A stretch of DNA of 64,000 bases from the human T2T-CHM13v2.0 reference genome, Homo sapiens: the NCBI RefSeq assembly GCF_009914755.1, contig NC_060928.1. The stretch is one strand, 5' to 3'. This document shows positions 1 to 14,878 of this stretch, piece after piece. Numbering within the stretch: the stretch's first letter is position 1; each line of letters begins with the position of its first letter. Made by a program: the position numbers and the translations under genes. The notes beneath the pieces are model-generated. The model had not been told where the DNA came from, searched no databases, and saw nothing but the letters and a program-made list of their open reading frames with translations.

Positions 1-108
1 ACTCTCATAGACGCTACAACTTGCAATGAACCTCAAGCTTACAATGACGCCATAACTCCTAGAATGTTATGTGCTGGCTCCTTAGAAGGAAAAACAGATG
101 CATGCCAG
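1..108 (+). CDS. TMPRSS11E: TMPRSS11E (DESC1) penultimate coding exon, 3' part; serine protease domain
   Basis: Frame 1 reads [36 protein letters not shown], then a CAG|GTAAAC donor at 108/109 (phase 0). The MLCAG and DACQ motifs, with the S1-pocket Asp, mark a trypsin-like protease. It joins in frame to GDSGGP at 17724. Not listed in the ORF track. Confidence 0.95.
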
Positions 109-149
109 GTAAACAGTTTTGCCCATTAGTAGGTTGTGTAATTTTTTGT

Positions 150-500
150 TTACTTTTCTTTGAAATAATTATATATCTACAGGAAGTTGCAAAGATAGTA
201 CAGAGGAGTCACAACATCTCACCCAGTTTTCTCCAATGATTACATCTCACATAACTATAGTTCAATATAAGATCTGGGAAACTGACAGTCGTACAAAGTA
301 TGTGTCTAATTCTATGGCATTTTGTCACATCTGTAGATTTGTGTAACCACCACTACAGTTAAGATGAAGAACTATTCTATCACCACAAAGACCTACCTTT
401 TTCCCTCCTCCTACTATCCCTAACATCTGGCAATCACTAATTTATTCTCCATCTCTATAATTTTTCAATTTTCAGAATGTTATATAAATAGAGTAACAGT
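150..500 (-). mobile_element. Old L1M (L1MC/MD-like) 3'-end fragment
   Basis: Motifs such as acaggaagttgcaaagatagtacag and tggcaatcactaatttattctccatctctataattt are typical of old L1M 3'UTRs. A related copy lies at about 21000-21740. Confidence 0.55.
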
Positions 501-929
501 AGCTTTTTAAACAGAATTTAATTTTGGATCATCTATTGGTATTTTTGGCTTTTTTTTGTAGAAAAATTTTAGTGGTTCCTTTAAGTTATATATATGTGTA
601 TATAAATATATATTTATTTATATATACATACATAACATCACTGTCTATGTGTATTGAAATTTTACTAGTTTTGGTGGAGTATAGAATAAAAAACTTACTT
701 CCCCTTAAATCCCTTTGCTTTTCCCTCTTTAAAATTAAACATTAACAAATATAAACATTAAATATTAATAAATATAAATATTAAATATTTGCTTTATATT
801 TTGAGAACCACAGAAGACAATGTTTTGCTTCAACTGTCAAATGTAATTTAGAAAACATAAGAGGAAAAGGAAAGACTATTTACCTATGGATTTCTTCTTT
901 CCTCTTTCCTGATTCCTTTTTTAAAAACA

Positions 930-1800
930 GTCATTTCTGTTTTAGGAACTTCTTTTAGCCACTCTTTTAGTATAGGTAAGCTGGTGAAAAATTCTCTTAG
1001 ATTTTCTTTGTCTCTAACAGTCTTTATTTCTTCTTCATTACTGGAGCATAATTTAGCACTGACAGTTCTTTTCTTTCAGCATTTAAATCATTGCCTCTGT
1101 GATTTCTGCAAGGAATTTGCTGCTATTAGAATTATTTTTTTCCAATAGATGAGGTGTCATTTCTTGCTGTGTTCAAGAGTTTGTCTTTAGTTTTCAGAAG
1201 TTTGATTATGTATCTTGGCATGGATTTCTTTGGGCTTATCCTGTTTGAGGTTTGCTCAGCTTTTTGAATATGTAGATTTATATCCTTTGTCAAGTTTGAG
1301 AAATTTTTGGTCATTATTTCTTAAAATACTCTTTCAGTCCCACCTTCTTTCTTCTTTCCTTCTGGAACTCTAACCACAGCAATGTTTACTCTTTTATTAT
1401 AGTCCCAGAGTTTCCTAAGCTTTTGTTTATTTTTTTTGCACTCTAGTTTCTCTCTGTTTTTGAGATTGGGTAATTTCAATGTATCTTCAAGTTTACTGAT
1501 TCTTTGCTCTGTCTTCTCTATTCTTATGTTAAGCCCATCCAGTGAGTTTTGAATTTTGCTTATCATATTTTTTAGTTCCAGGGTTTTTCTTTGTTTCTTC
1601 TTTTTATATTTACTATTTCTTTGTTGACACTTCCTATTTCTTTTCCTTTGTTTTAAACATGATGGTAATTGCTCATTGAGATGTATTTATGATGGCTGCT
1701 TTAAAATCTTTGTCAAATAATTTCAACATTTGTGTTATCTCAGTGTTGGTATCTGTTGATTGCCTTTTCTCATTCAAGTAAAAACTTTTATATTTCATTG
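930..1800 (-). mobile_element. Old L1M ORF1-region fragment
   Basis: Minus-strand ORFs 1132-1314 and 1321-1566 are degenerate ORF1p (LWDYNKRVNIAVVRVPEG; NFSNLTKDINLHIQKAEQT; PRYIIKLLK). Confidence 0.7.
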
Positions 1801-2762
1801 TATGATGACTGATATTCAGATATATGCTGAGCATCTAATTATTATTTATTCTGTTTTGTTGTTGTTGTTATATCATGCTTTTAAATTTATATTATTTTAT
1901 TTAATTAATTACTTTGCTTTTTCCAACTTTTATTTTAGGTTCAGAGGTTACATCTGCAGGATTGTTACATGGGTAAATTGTGTGTTGCTGGGGTTTGGTG
2001 TACAAATTATTTCATCATGCAGGTAGTAAGCATAATAACCAATAGGTAGTTTTTGGTTCTCATCCTCCTCCCACCCTCAACCCTCAAGTAAGCCCCAGTA
2101 TGTATTGTTCCTCTCTTTGTGTCCATATGTACTCAATGTTTAGCTTCCACTTATAAGTGAGAACATGAGGTATTTGGTTTTCTGTTCCTGCATTCATTTG
2201 CTTAGTATAATGGCCTGTGGCTGCATCCATATTGCTGCAAAAACCATGGTTTCATTTTGCTTTCTGGCTCCATAGCATTCCATGGGGTATATTTACCACA
2301 TTTTCTGTATCCAGTCCACTGTTGATGGACATTTTAGGTTGATTCCATGACTATTGTGACAATTGCTGCCATGAACATATGCATACATGTGTCTTTATGG
2401 CAGAACAATTTGTATTCCTTTGTGTATAATATACCCAGTAATGGGATTGCTGGGTCAAATTGTAGTTCTGTCTTAATTTCTTTGAGAAATCTCCAAGCTG
2501 CTTCCCACAGTGGCTGACCTAATTTACATTCCCACGAGCAGTGTATAAGCATTCCCTTTTCTCCACAACCTCAACAACATCTGTTGTTTTTTTGACTTTT
2601 TAGTAATAGCCATTCTGACTGGTTTGAGATGGTATCTTATTATGGTTTTTAATTTCCCATTTCCCTGATTAGTGATGTTGAGCATTTGTCCATATGTTTG
2701 TTGGCTGCTTGTGTGTCTTCATTTGAGAAGTGTCTGTTCCTGTCTGTATTAGGCTGTTCTTA

Positions 2763-3100
<338 letters not shown>

Positions 3101-3575
3101 CAATATTAGGTAATGTATAAAGAGAAAAGGTTTAATTGGCTTATGATTCTGCAGGCTTTATGGGCAGCATGGTGCTGGCATCTGCTCGGTTTCTAGGGAG
3201 GAAGCTTACAATCATGGCAGAAGGTGAAGTGTGAAATGGGAGGGAGCAGGTACATCACATGGTGAAAGCAGGAGCAAGAGGGATAGAGGTGCCATACACT
3301 TTTAAACAATCCGATCTCACAAGAGCTCACTCACTATTGCAAAGATAACTCCAAGCCGTGAGTGATTGGCTCCCATGACCTGAACACCTCCCACCAGGTC
3401 CTACCTTCAGCATTGGGGGTGACAAAGCAACATGAGATTTGGGCAGGGATAAATATCCAAATTATATCATTCTGCTCCTGGCCTCTCCCAAATCTCATGT
3501 CTTCTCACATTGCAAAATATAATTATGCCTTCCTAACAGTCCCCAAAAGTCTTAACTCATTCCGACTTTAACTCA

Positions 3576-3895
<320 letters not shown>

Positions 3896-5419
3896 GTCTG
3901 AAGTCCAAAGTCTCATCTGAGATAAAGCAATTCCCTTCCACCTCATCAATCTGGATTTCACTGTCGATGTAACTATCAGCATTTTGGTCACAACCATTTA
4001 ACCAGTTTCTAAGAAATTTCAGACTTGATCATATCTGTCTTCTGAGCCTTCAAAATTCTTCCATTCTTTACCTGTTACCCAGTTGCCAAGTCGCTTTCAC
4101 ATTTTCCAATATCTTTATAGCAATGCCACACTCATAGTTACCAATTTTCTGTGTTAGGCTGTTCTTGCATTGCTATTAAGAAATATCTGAGGCTGGGTAA
4201 TTTATTAGAAAAGATGTTTAATTGGCTCATGGCTTTTCAGACTTTATAGTAAGCCTGATGCTGGCATTAACTTAGCTCCTAGGGAGGCATCAGGAAGCTT
4301 ATAATCATGGTGGGAGGTGAAAGGGGAGCAGGAACATCATGTGGTGAAAGCAGGAGCGAGAGAGAGAGAGAGTGGGAGGAGGTGCCACACACTTTTAAAC
4401 AACCAGATATCGTGACAGTTCACTTGCTATCGCAAAGACAGCACTATGCCGTCAGGGATCCGTTACCCAAACAACTCCCACCAGCCTCACTTCCAGCAAT
4501 GGAGATTAAACTTCAACATGAGATTTGAGAGGGGACAAATATTCAAACTGTATCTATGTTTTTTTTCCCCATTTTAAAAGGGAGTTGTTTGTTTTTTGCT
4601 TGTTGATTTGTTTAAGATTTCTTAAAGATTCTGGATATTAGACCTTTGTCAGATGCATAGTTTGCAAATATTTTTTCCTATTCTGTAGGTCGTCTGTTTA
4701 CTCTGTTAATAGTTTATTTTGCTGTGCAGAAGCTCTTTAGTTTAATTAGATCCCAGTTGTCAATTTTTGTTTTAGTTGCAATTGCTTTTAGGGTCTTTGT
4801 TATAAAAGCTTTGCTAAGGCTGATGTCCAGAATGGTAGTTCCTAGGTTTTCTTCTAGAGTTTTTATAGTTTTAGGTTTTACACTTAAGTATTTCAACCAT
4901 CTCAAGTTGATTTTTGTATATGGTGAAAGAAAGGGGTTCAGTTTTAATTTTTTGCATATGGCTAGCCAGTTATCCCCAGCACCATTTATTGAGTAGGGAG
5001 TCCTTTCCCCATTTCTTGTTATGGTCAGCTTTGTCAAAGATGAGATGGTTGTAGACATGCAGCTTTACTTCTGGCTTCTCTATTTGGTTCCATTGATCTA
5101 TGTGTCTACTTTTTTTGTACTAGCACCATGATCTTCTGGTTACTATAGCTTTGTGGTATAGTTTGAAGTCTGGTAGTGTGATGCCACCAGCTTTGTTTTT
5201 TTGTTTAGGATTGCTTTGGCTATTAAGGCTCTTTTTTGGTTCCATATAAATATTACAACAGTTTTTACTAATTCTGTGAAAAATGACATTGGTAGTTTTA
5301 TAGGAATAACATTTAATCTGTAAATTTCTTTGAGCAGTATGGCCATTTTAACAATACTGATTCTTTCTATTCATGAACACAAACTGTTTTACCATTTGTT
5401 TGTGTCAACTATGGTTTCT

Positions 5420-5716
5420 TTCTTTTTTTTCTTGAGACAAGGTCTTACCCTGTTGACCAGGCTGGAGTGCAGTGCCACAACTATAGTTCACTGCAGCCTT
5501 GAACTCCTGGGCTCAAGCGATCCTCCCACTTCAGTCTCCTGAGTAGCGGGGACTATAGGCATTCACCACCACACATGGCTAATTTTTTAGATTTTTGGTA
5601 GAGATGGAGTCTTGCCATGTTGCTCATGCTGGTCTTGAACTCCTGAGCTCAAGCAATCCTCCTGCCTCTGCCTCCTAAAGTGCTGGGATTACGGGCATCA
5701 GCCACTGTACCTGGCC
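5420..5716 (-). mobile_element. Alu (AluJ-like)
   Basis: Antisense Alu; TSD tcaactatg(g/a)tttcttt on both flanks. Confidence 0.88.
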
Positions 5717-6244
5717 TTCAACTATGATTTCTTTCAGCAGTGTTTTTAATTCTCATTGTAGAGGTCCTTCACCTTCCTAGTTAGCCATATGTCTATGTAT
5801 TTTATTCTTCTTGTGGCAATTGTGAATGAGATTGCACTCTTGATTTGGCTCTCGGCTAAGATGTTAATGTTGTATAGAAGTGCTCCTCATTTTAGTACAT
5901 TGATTTTGTATTCAGAAACTTTACTGAAGTTGTTTATCAGTTCTAGGAGCCTTTGGGCAGAGACTGTGGAGTTTTCTGGGTGTAGAATCATATCATTTGT
6001 GAAGAGAGATAGTTTGACTTCCTCTCTTCTATTTGGATGCCTTTTATGTCTTTCTCTTGCCTAATTGCTTTGGTCAAAACTTCCAGTACTATGTTGAATA
6101 ACAGTGGTGAGAGTGCACATCCTTGTCTTTTCTGGTTCACAGGGGAATGCTTCTAGCTTTTGCCCATTCATTATGATGTTGGTTATGGGGTTGTCATAGA
6201 AGGCTTTTATTATTTTGAAGTATGTTCCTCTGATGCCTAGTTAG

Positions 6245-6555
<311 letters not shown>

Positions 6556-8363
6556 ATATTTATTTATTTTCATATGTTGAACCAGCCTTGCATCCTAGAA
6601 AATAAGACTACATTACTGTGGTGGATAAGCTTTTTGATGTGCTGCTGGATTTGGTTTGCAAGTATTTTGTTGAGGATTTTTGCATCAATGTTCATCAAGG
6701 ATATTGTCCTGAAGTTTTCTCTTTTTGTTGTGTCTCTTCCAGGTTTTGGTATCAGAAAAACACTGCCTTCATAAAATGTGTTAGGGAGGCTTCTCTTTTT
6801 CTAGAATTTTGGGAGTATTTTCAATATAATTGGTAACAGCTCTTCTTTATATATCTGGTAGAATTTGGCTGTGAATCTCTCTGTTCCAGGGCCTTCCTTG
6901 TTGGCTGTTTTTTTAAAATTACTGGTTCAATTTTGGAACTCATTATTTATCTTCTCAGGTATTCAATTTCTTCCTGGTTCAATATTGGGAGTTTGTGTTT
7001 CCAAGAATTTATCCATTCCTTCTAGATTTTCTAGTTTGTGTGCACAGAGGTGTTTACAATCATCTTTGAAATTTTTTGTAAAAAATATTTCTCTTCCCTT
7101 TGGCATTTCTGATGGTGCTTATTTGAAAGTTCTTTCTTTTTTTTCTTTGTTAGTCTTGCTAGCAGTGTATCAATCTTATTTATTCTTTCAAAGAACAAGT
7201 TGTTTGGTTTCATTGATCTTTTATATGGATTTTTGTGTCTCTATTTCATTCAGTTCAGCTCTAATTTTGGTTATTTTTGTCTTGTGCTAGTTTAGGGGTT
7301 CACTTACTCTTGTTTTTCTAGTTCCTCAAGGTGTGATGCTACATTGTTAATTTAAGATATTTATATCTTTTCGATGTTGGCATTTTGCCCCATAAACTTT
7401 CCTGTTAATACTGCTTTACCTGTGTCCCAGAAATTCCGGCATGTTGTATCTTTATTTTCATTAATTTCAAAGAATTTCTTGCTTTCTGTCTTAATTTCAT
7501 TCTTTACTCAAAAGACATTCAGGAGCAGGCTGTTTAATTTCCATGTAATTGTATAATTTTGAGAGATCTTGGTATTGATTTCTATTTTTATTGCACTGTG
7601 GTCTGAGAGTGTGATTGGAATGATTTTTAAAAATTTGTTTAGAATTGCTTTATGGCCAAGTGCATGGTTGATCTTAGAGTATGTGCCATACATATGCAGA
7701 TGAAAAGAATGTATATTTTCTTGTTGTTAGGTGGAGTGTTCTATAGATATCTCTTAGGTTCATTTGGTCAAGTGTTGAGTTTAGGTTCGGAATATCTTTG
7801 TTAGTTTTCTGCCTTTATAACACCTTTAGAGGGGTGTTGAAATCTCCACTATAATTTTGTATTTATCTAAGTCTTTTTTGTAGGCTCTAAGAACTTATTT
7901 TCTGAGTCTGGATGCTCCAGTGTTGGATGCATATACATTTAGATAGTTAATCTTCTTGTTGAATTGAACACTTTATCACTTTGTTACACCATTTTTTGTC
8001 CTTTTTAATTATTGTTTTAAAGTCTGTTTTGTCTGAAATAAGAGTAGCAACCCCTGTTCTTTTTTGTTTTTCATTTGCTTGGTAGATCTTTCCTTATGCC
8101 TTTACTTTGAGACTATGAGTGTCATTGCATTTGAGATGGGTCTCCTGATGATAGCATACAGTTGGGTCTTGCTTCTTTATCCAATGGGCTACTCTGTCCC
8201 TTGTAAGTGGGGCATTAAGCCTGTTTATATTCAAGTTATAATATTGATATGTGAAGATTTGATCCTGCCATCATGTTGCTAGCTGGTTATTCCACAGGCT
8301 TGATTGTATAGTTGCATATAGTGTCAGTGGACTATGTAATTGTCTTTTCTGTGGTGTCAGGAA

Positions 8364-8660
8364 TTTTTTTTTTTTTTGAGACCGCGTTTTGCTCTTGTTG
8401 CTCAGGCTGGAGTGCAAAGGTGCGATCTGAGCTCACTACATCCTCTACCTCCTGGGTTCAAGCGATTCTTCTGCCTTAGCCTCCTGAGTACCTGGGATTA
8501 CAAATGCATGCCATTACACCTGGCTAATTTTGTATTTTTAGTAGAGATGGGATTTCGCTATGTTGGCCAGGCTGGTCTTGAACTCCTGGCCTCAGGTGAT
8601 CTGCCCACCTCGGCCTTCCAAAGTGCTGGGATTACAGGCGTGAGAAACCATGCCTAGCCA
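8364..8660 (-). mobile_element. AluS
   Basis: Full antisense Alu; it is the source of the spurious ORF 8340-8657. Confidence 0.9.
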
Positions 8661-8849
8661 GGTAATGGTCTTTTGTTGCCATGTTTAGCACTCTCTTAAG
8701 GACTTTTTGCAAGGCAAGTCTGGTGGTAATAAATTCCCTTAACATTTGCTTGTCTGAAAAAGATTTCGTTTCTCCTTCGCTTATGAAGCTTAGTTTGGCT
8801 GGATATGAAATTCTTGATTGGAATTTTTTTCTTTAAGAATGCTGAATAT

Positions 8850-9070
<221 letters not shown>

Positions 9071-9601
9071 GAATGCTGGCTGAGTATAGGTCCCCAATCT
9101 CTTTTGGCTTATAAGGTTTCTGCTGAAGGTTCTGCTGTTATCCTGATATCACCCCCTTTGTATGTGACCTGTCCCTTTGCTCTACTGCTTTTAAGATTTT
9201 TTCTTTCATGTTGACCTTGGAGAATCTGACGACAAGGCATCTGGAGGATGGGTGTCTTGTATATTATATCTCTGGGGTTCTCTGAATTTCTTGAATTTGT
9301 ATGTTAACCTCTGCAGCAAGATTGGGGAAATTTTCAGGAACGATATTCATAAATGAGTTTTCCAAGTTGCTTGCTCTCTCTCTTTCCTTGGGGATGCCAG
9401 TGAATTGTAGATTTGGTATATTTATATAATTCCATATTTCTTGGAGATTTTGTTCATTAAAGAATATCTTTTTCTTTATCTAACTGAGTTGATTTGAAGA
9501 ACTGGCCTTCAAGTTCTAAAATTGTTTTCAGTTTGATCTGTTCTGCTGTTAATACTGCCCATTGTATTATGAAATTCTTGTAGTGAGTTTTTCAGCTCTA
9601 G

Positions 9602-9945
<344 letters not shown>

Positions 9946-11791
9946 TGATTCTTTCTTAAAATGGCAATTTCATCTTTCAGCTCTTGTGTTATTTTATTGA
10001 TGCCATAAGTTCCTTAGACTGTGTTTCAACTTTCCCCTGAATCTTGATGATCTTCATTGACATCCGTATTCTGAATTCCATGTCTGTCATTTCAGTCTGG
10101 TTATGAACCATTGCTGGGGAGCTAGTTCAGTCATTTGGAGGTAAGAAGACACTCTTGCTTTTAGAGTTACCAGAGTTCTTGCATTGGTTCTTTCTCATCT
10201 GTGTGTGTGAAGTTGTTGTCCTTTGTATGGAGCTTTTTACTTTTATATTCTTTGATGCCTTTTGTGGTTTGATTGTGGTATTAGTTGTGCTTAGTTAATT
10301 TCATTCGTTTTTGGATGATTTCAGGGGTCCAAGGGTTAGCTCAGCACTCCTGGGCTGCATGCTGTACCAGGCTGTAACCTTGGGAAATTGGGACCAGGTC
10401 TGAGGCGGTTTTCTCTAGCCCCTAGAGGTTAAGTACCTCCTGGGTTGGAAGGAATGAGGTGTTCCTGGTCCACTGGCAACAAAACTGTGCTGGCAAAGGC
10501 ACTTTGGCGGGGTGGCAGTGGGTCAGTGAGGGTCCTTGTGCTCACATACGTGCTGGTGGTGGGGTAGTGGCAAGTCCTGCACAGGCATGCGTGCTGGTGG
10601 TGGGGCAGTGATGGGGTCAGTGTGCATGCATACACCAGTGAGTCAGTGGCTGGAGGCTGCAGGCAAAGGCATGACAGCAAAGCAGCAGGTAGAGGCTGCC
10701 AGTGAGTGCATGCTGGTGGGTGCTCACTGACAGGGACCTGCCTTCAGGAGCTCTCCAGCTGTTAGGCAGGGTCTGCCATCAAAATAGCAATGGCTGTGGC
10801 TGTCAAAAAATGCCTTGGCTGGGCAGCTGAGGCAGTGCTGCAAGTTTGTGTAGCCAGGCAGGGAATTTGGCATAGGCCAGCAGACAAGCGAGTGCTTGGA
10901 TCAGATTGTTCCCATCCCACAAGCAAGAGAGCCCTGTGATGTCCAGGTCTGTCCATCAACAAAGGCGAAAGCCACCTAGAGATGTATGATATTTGGGGGA
11001 TGGGCACCCATGCCATGCTCTGCTGTAGCCATTCTCATGCCAAACCCTGTGGACTCTGTGCAGGCTAGAATTCTGTCTCTTTCAACTCTCCAGGCCGTTC
11101 TCCCTGCCACCTTAACTGTCCATGGGGGATGAGGGGTCTCCTGCAGCTAAGATTCTGGAGGTCTGTGGTGTGAGTTGGCCACTCCATGACCATTTAACTT
11201 ACTCCTTCCCCAGGAGCCTCTCCAGGCTAGGAACAAGTTCTGGTGCTTGGCAACCCTGTGCAGGGTTACCAGCTTCCTTCCCTTTCAGCCTGGGGTCTGC
11301 ATTCTCCTTCCATCAACTCTCAATGCCTTCTTTCTGAAAATTTGTTCAGAGTGTGCCAGTCTTCTTGATGGTCTGGTCCCTCACTGGGAGAAGGTCTTCT
11401 TGTCTGCGTCTGGTCGGCCATTTTGTTTTAGTATTTATTAAATAATGAAATAATAATAATTTGAAAAAATTAAATTATTTAAAACTCTAGATCTTATTTA
11501 AATTTTCTATTTAACCATGCCTCAGCAGACATTGTGATGCAGAGGGAGGGGGATGTATGAAGGAATTGCCTCATTTCCCACTCAGCTTCCTTTGATGCTC
11601 AGGTGAGGGACTAATGCTCATTACTACTGCATGGAGGTTAGGCCTCTTCTGATAACACTCTGGCTGAAGGTACTTTGTTACTGCTCCCCTTTTGGCCTCC
11701 ACTGACATCATGGGGTAGTGATTTCATTACTGCTTCGCAGTGGTGAAAGACTTGACTTCCCACTACATCTCCTCAGACATGGTTCTAGTAG

Positions 11792-12153
<362 letters not shown>

Positions 12154-13313
12154 CCTATTCAGCATATTCTGACATCAATCTAGTAGGGAATTGGGCCTTC
12201 TTACAGCCTGGTAAGCATGGAAGTCTTTTCAGTTGGGATTTATTGTCTTCCTGGATTTGCTGTTTTCCCAAGTTGTCCTCTTATTGATTATTTTACTAGG
12301 GAGAGCAAGATTTTCTTGGAGCCTTTTAAAAAACTTGCACTTGTTGGCAGGTTGCCAGGTTGCTGGCTTCTTCCAAGTCCATGATATATGAAGCAAAAAA
12401 AAAAAAAAAAAAATTGAGAGCGCTCACTCTTGTATCATTCCTTTTGTCCTGCATTTCTGAGCCCACCTGTCGTCTTCTCTCTAATTTTCAGAGTCTTTTT
12501 ATGTTTGTTTTATTTGTAATGCCCAGGTATTTTTTTGTTTGTTTTAGCCATATTTAGCTGGGGAAAAAAGAATAAGTAAGTCTGTCCCATATTGGTCTGG
12601 AGCGTTTACATATTTTTGAAGCCGGGTTTTGTTTTCCAGTGTTTGGCTATTGCCACCAATTTTGTGCCTTTGGTGGATACAAAAATTTTGACCTCTATGT
12701 CTTCATGTGCATCACTCACAAAATCATGGAGGGGGCCAATAACTGGTTCCTTCTGTGTGTCACTAAATGCTTTCATAATTTTCATTTTGTGATTTGACAG
12801 AATTTTTGTTTAATGTGCTTTCTAAGCCCTATAGTTCTCTTCAGAATTCCATGTTACTCTGTGTGCTTTCTAATCTGTATTCATTAAATGGTACCATTAA
12901 TTTCTAAGATTTTTTTTTACAATTTTTAATGTTATTCCTTTCAAGCTTTCGCATGAACACTGTATCTGTATTGCCTTCATTTGCTCCACCTCATTTAATT
13001 CCCTGTTGGCATCACTATAGTTCTTTCCCAACTTTTACCTTTGGGTTAGTCGTTTTAGCAATGTTCAGTTTGCTACATTAAATTCTTTTATTCAGTTGAC
13101 CTTTGTTTATACTCTGGCAAATGCCCAAGTTTAGACTCACTTCATTTTGTTTCTTTTTCTGTGTTTCCTAATTGCTCCTGGAGGAACACACGGAACAAAG
13201 TAGATTGGTCCCATTACCACACACTACTAAAAATTCCTTCCTAACAATTGAAATTGATTCTGTAATTCAATCTCCTGAAATGAATTCAACTTAAAAGATG
13301 ACTTGAAAATATA

Positions 13314-13945
13314 CTTGATCCTTGTTATTTGCAGATTCCATATTTGCAAATTCACCTACTCACTAAAATTTATTTGTAACCCCCAAATCAATACTCAAGG
13401 CACTTTTATGATCGTTCACAAGCATGCACAGAGTGGCAAAATATCTTATTACTCAATGAGCATATTCTTACCTGAGGTTGAAAAATGTGATACTGTGCCT
13501 TTTTGTTTCAGTTCTCATTCTGTAAACAAGTGTCTTTTCTTGGTCTACATAGTGCTACATTTTTCACATTTTTATTATCTTTGCTGGCGATTTTGCTGTT
13601 TAAAATAGTCCCCAACTGTAGTGCCAAAGTATAGTGCAAGAAGGTTGTGATGTGCCATATGGAGAAAATATGTATATTTGGTAAGCTTTGTTTAGTTATA
13701 AGTTTTAGCGGTGTTTACTGTGAGTTTAATGTTAATGAATCAACAATGTATATTAAATAGAACGTCTTTAAACAGAAACACACACGAAATCTGTTTATGT
13801 CTTGAGCAGTTGACAAAAATGTGACCAGAGTCTCCTGGAAAACCAACCCTGTATTTCTCCTAAGAACAAGGACTCAACAGTCATTAATTCAGCATTTGTG
13901 GTGACTTCACAGAACACGACTACCATGAATAATGAGAATAACCTG
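13314..13945 (+). mobile_element. MER82-like TcMar-Tigger DNA transposon, complete
   Basis: Degenerate terminal inverted repeats (cttgatccttgttatttgc / catgaataatgagaataacctg), TA on both sides, about 630 bp, body matches recalled MER82. Confidence 0.75.
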
Positions 13946-14559
13946 TATTTTATTTGTCTTCTTGATGGTCATGGAATCATTGATGGTTTAGATATTATGC
14001 TAGACCTTCTTTTGTCCTAATCATCATCATCCTACTTGCCTCCAACTTTCCTGAAACTGTTGAAAACATCGTGCACTTTTACATTTATGATCATCCATTA
14101 TTTTCTTTATTCAACTATCTCGGTTTCTATAGTCTCTATAGTAATGTCCTTCCTAAAAATTTCAGAGAAACAGATGTATGCCCTCTTAATCTTTTATTTT
14201 ATAATTTTTATTATAAAAATTTCAATGGTATGCAAAAATAGGGAGGATAAAATAATGAACTTTCATGTACTCATCACCTAGTTCAAAAATTTACAACTCA
14301 TGGCCAACCTTACGTTATCCGTACATACCCTGATAAAATCCCCTCATCCCCTTTCCCTACCAAAATATCAAATCTATTTTGAAGTTAATCCCAGATGTTA
14401 TATACTTTCATCTGAAAATGTCCCCATTCAAAAATACTATTTTGATGGTGATATTAGAGGTACACGCTTTACAAACTTTGTGAGCTACAGAAGAGAAGCC
14501 AAATTTGCCCTATGATTACAATATTCTACTTTCTTATCTCTGGGAAGACATGGCACCCA

Positions 14560-14878
14560 TTTTTTTGGGGGGGAGGGATGGAGTTTCATGCTTGTCACCC
14601 AGGCTGGAGTGCAGTGGTGTGATCTTGGCTCACTGCAACCTCCACCTTCTGGGTTTAAGCTATTCTCTCGCCTCAGCCTCCTGAGTAGCTGAGATTACAG
14701 GCAACCGCCACCACACCAGACTAATTTTTGTATTTTTAGTAGAGACAAGGTTTCACCATGTTGGTGAAAAATTCCTTCCTAGCTTCCAGGCTGGTCTCAA
14801 GCTCCTGACCTCAGGAGATCTACCTGCCTCAGCTTCCCAAGGTGCTGGGATTACAGGTGTAAGCCATCTTGCCCAGCC
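14560..14878 (-). mobile_element. AluS with a 21-bp non-Alu insertion
   Basis: Antisense Alu in which catgttgg^ccaggctgg is interrupted by tgaaaaattccttcctagctt (14765-14785). Confidence 0.88.
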
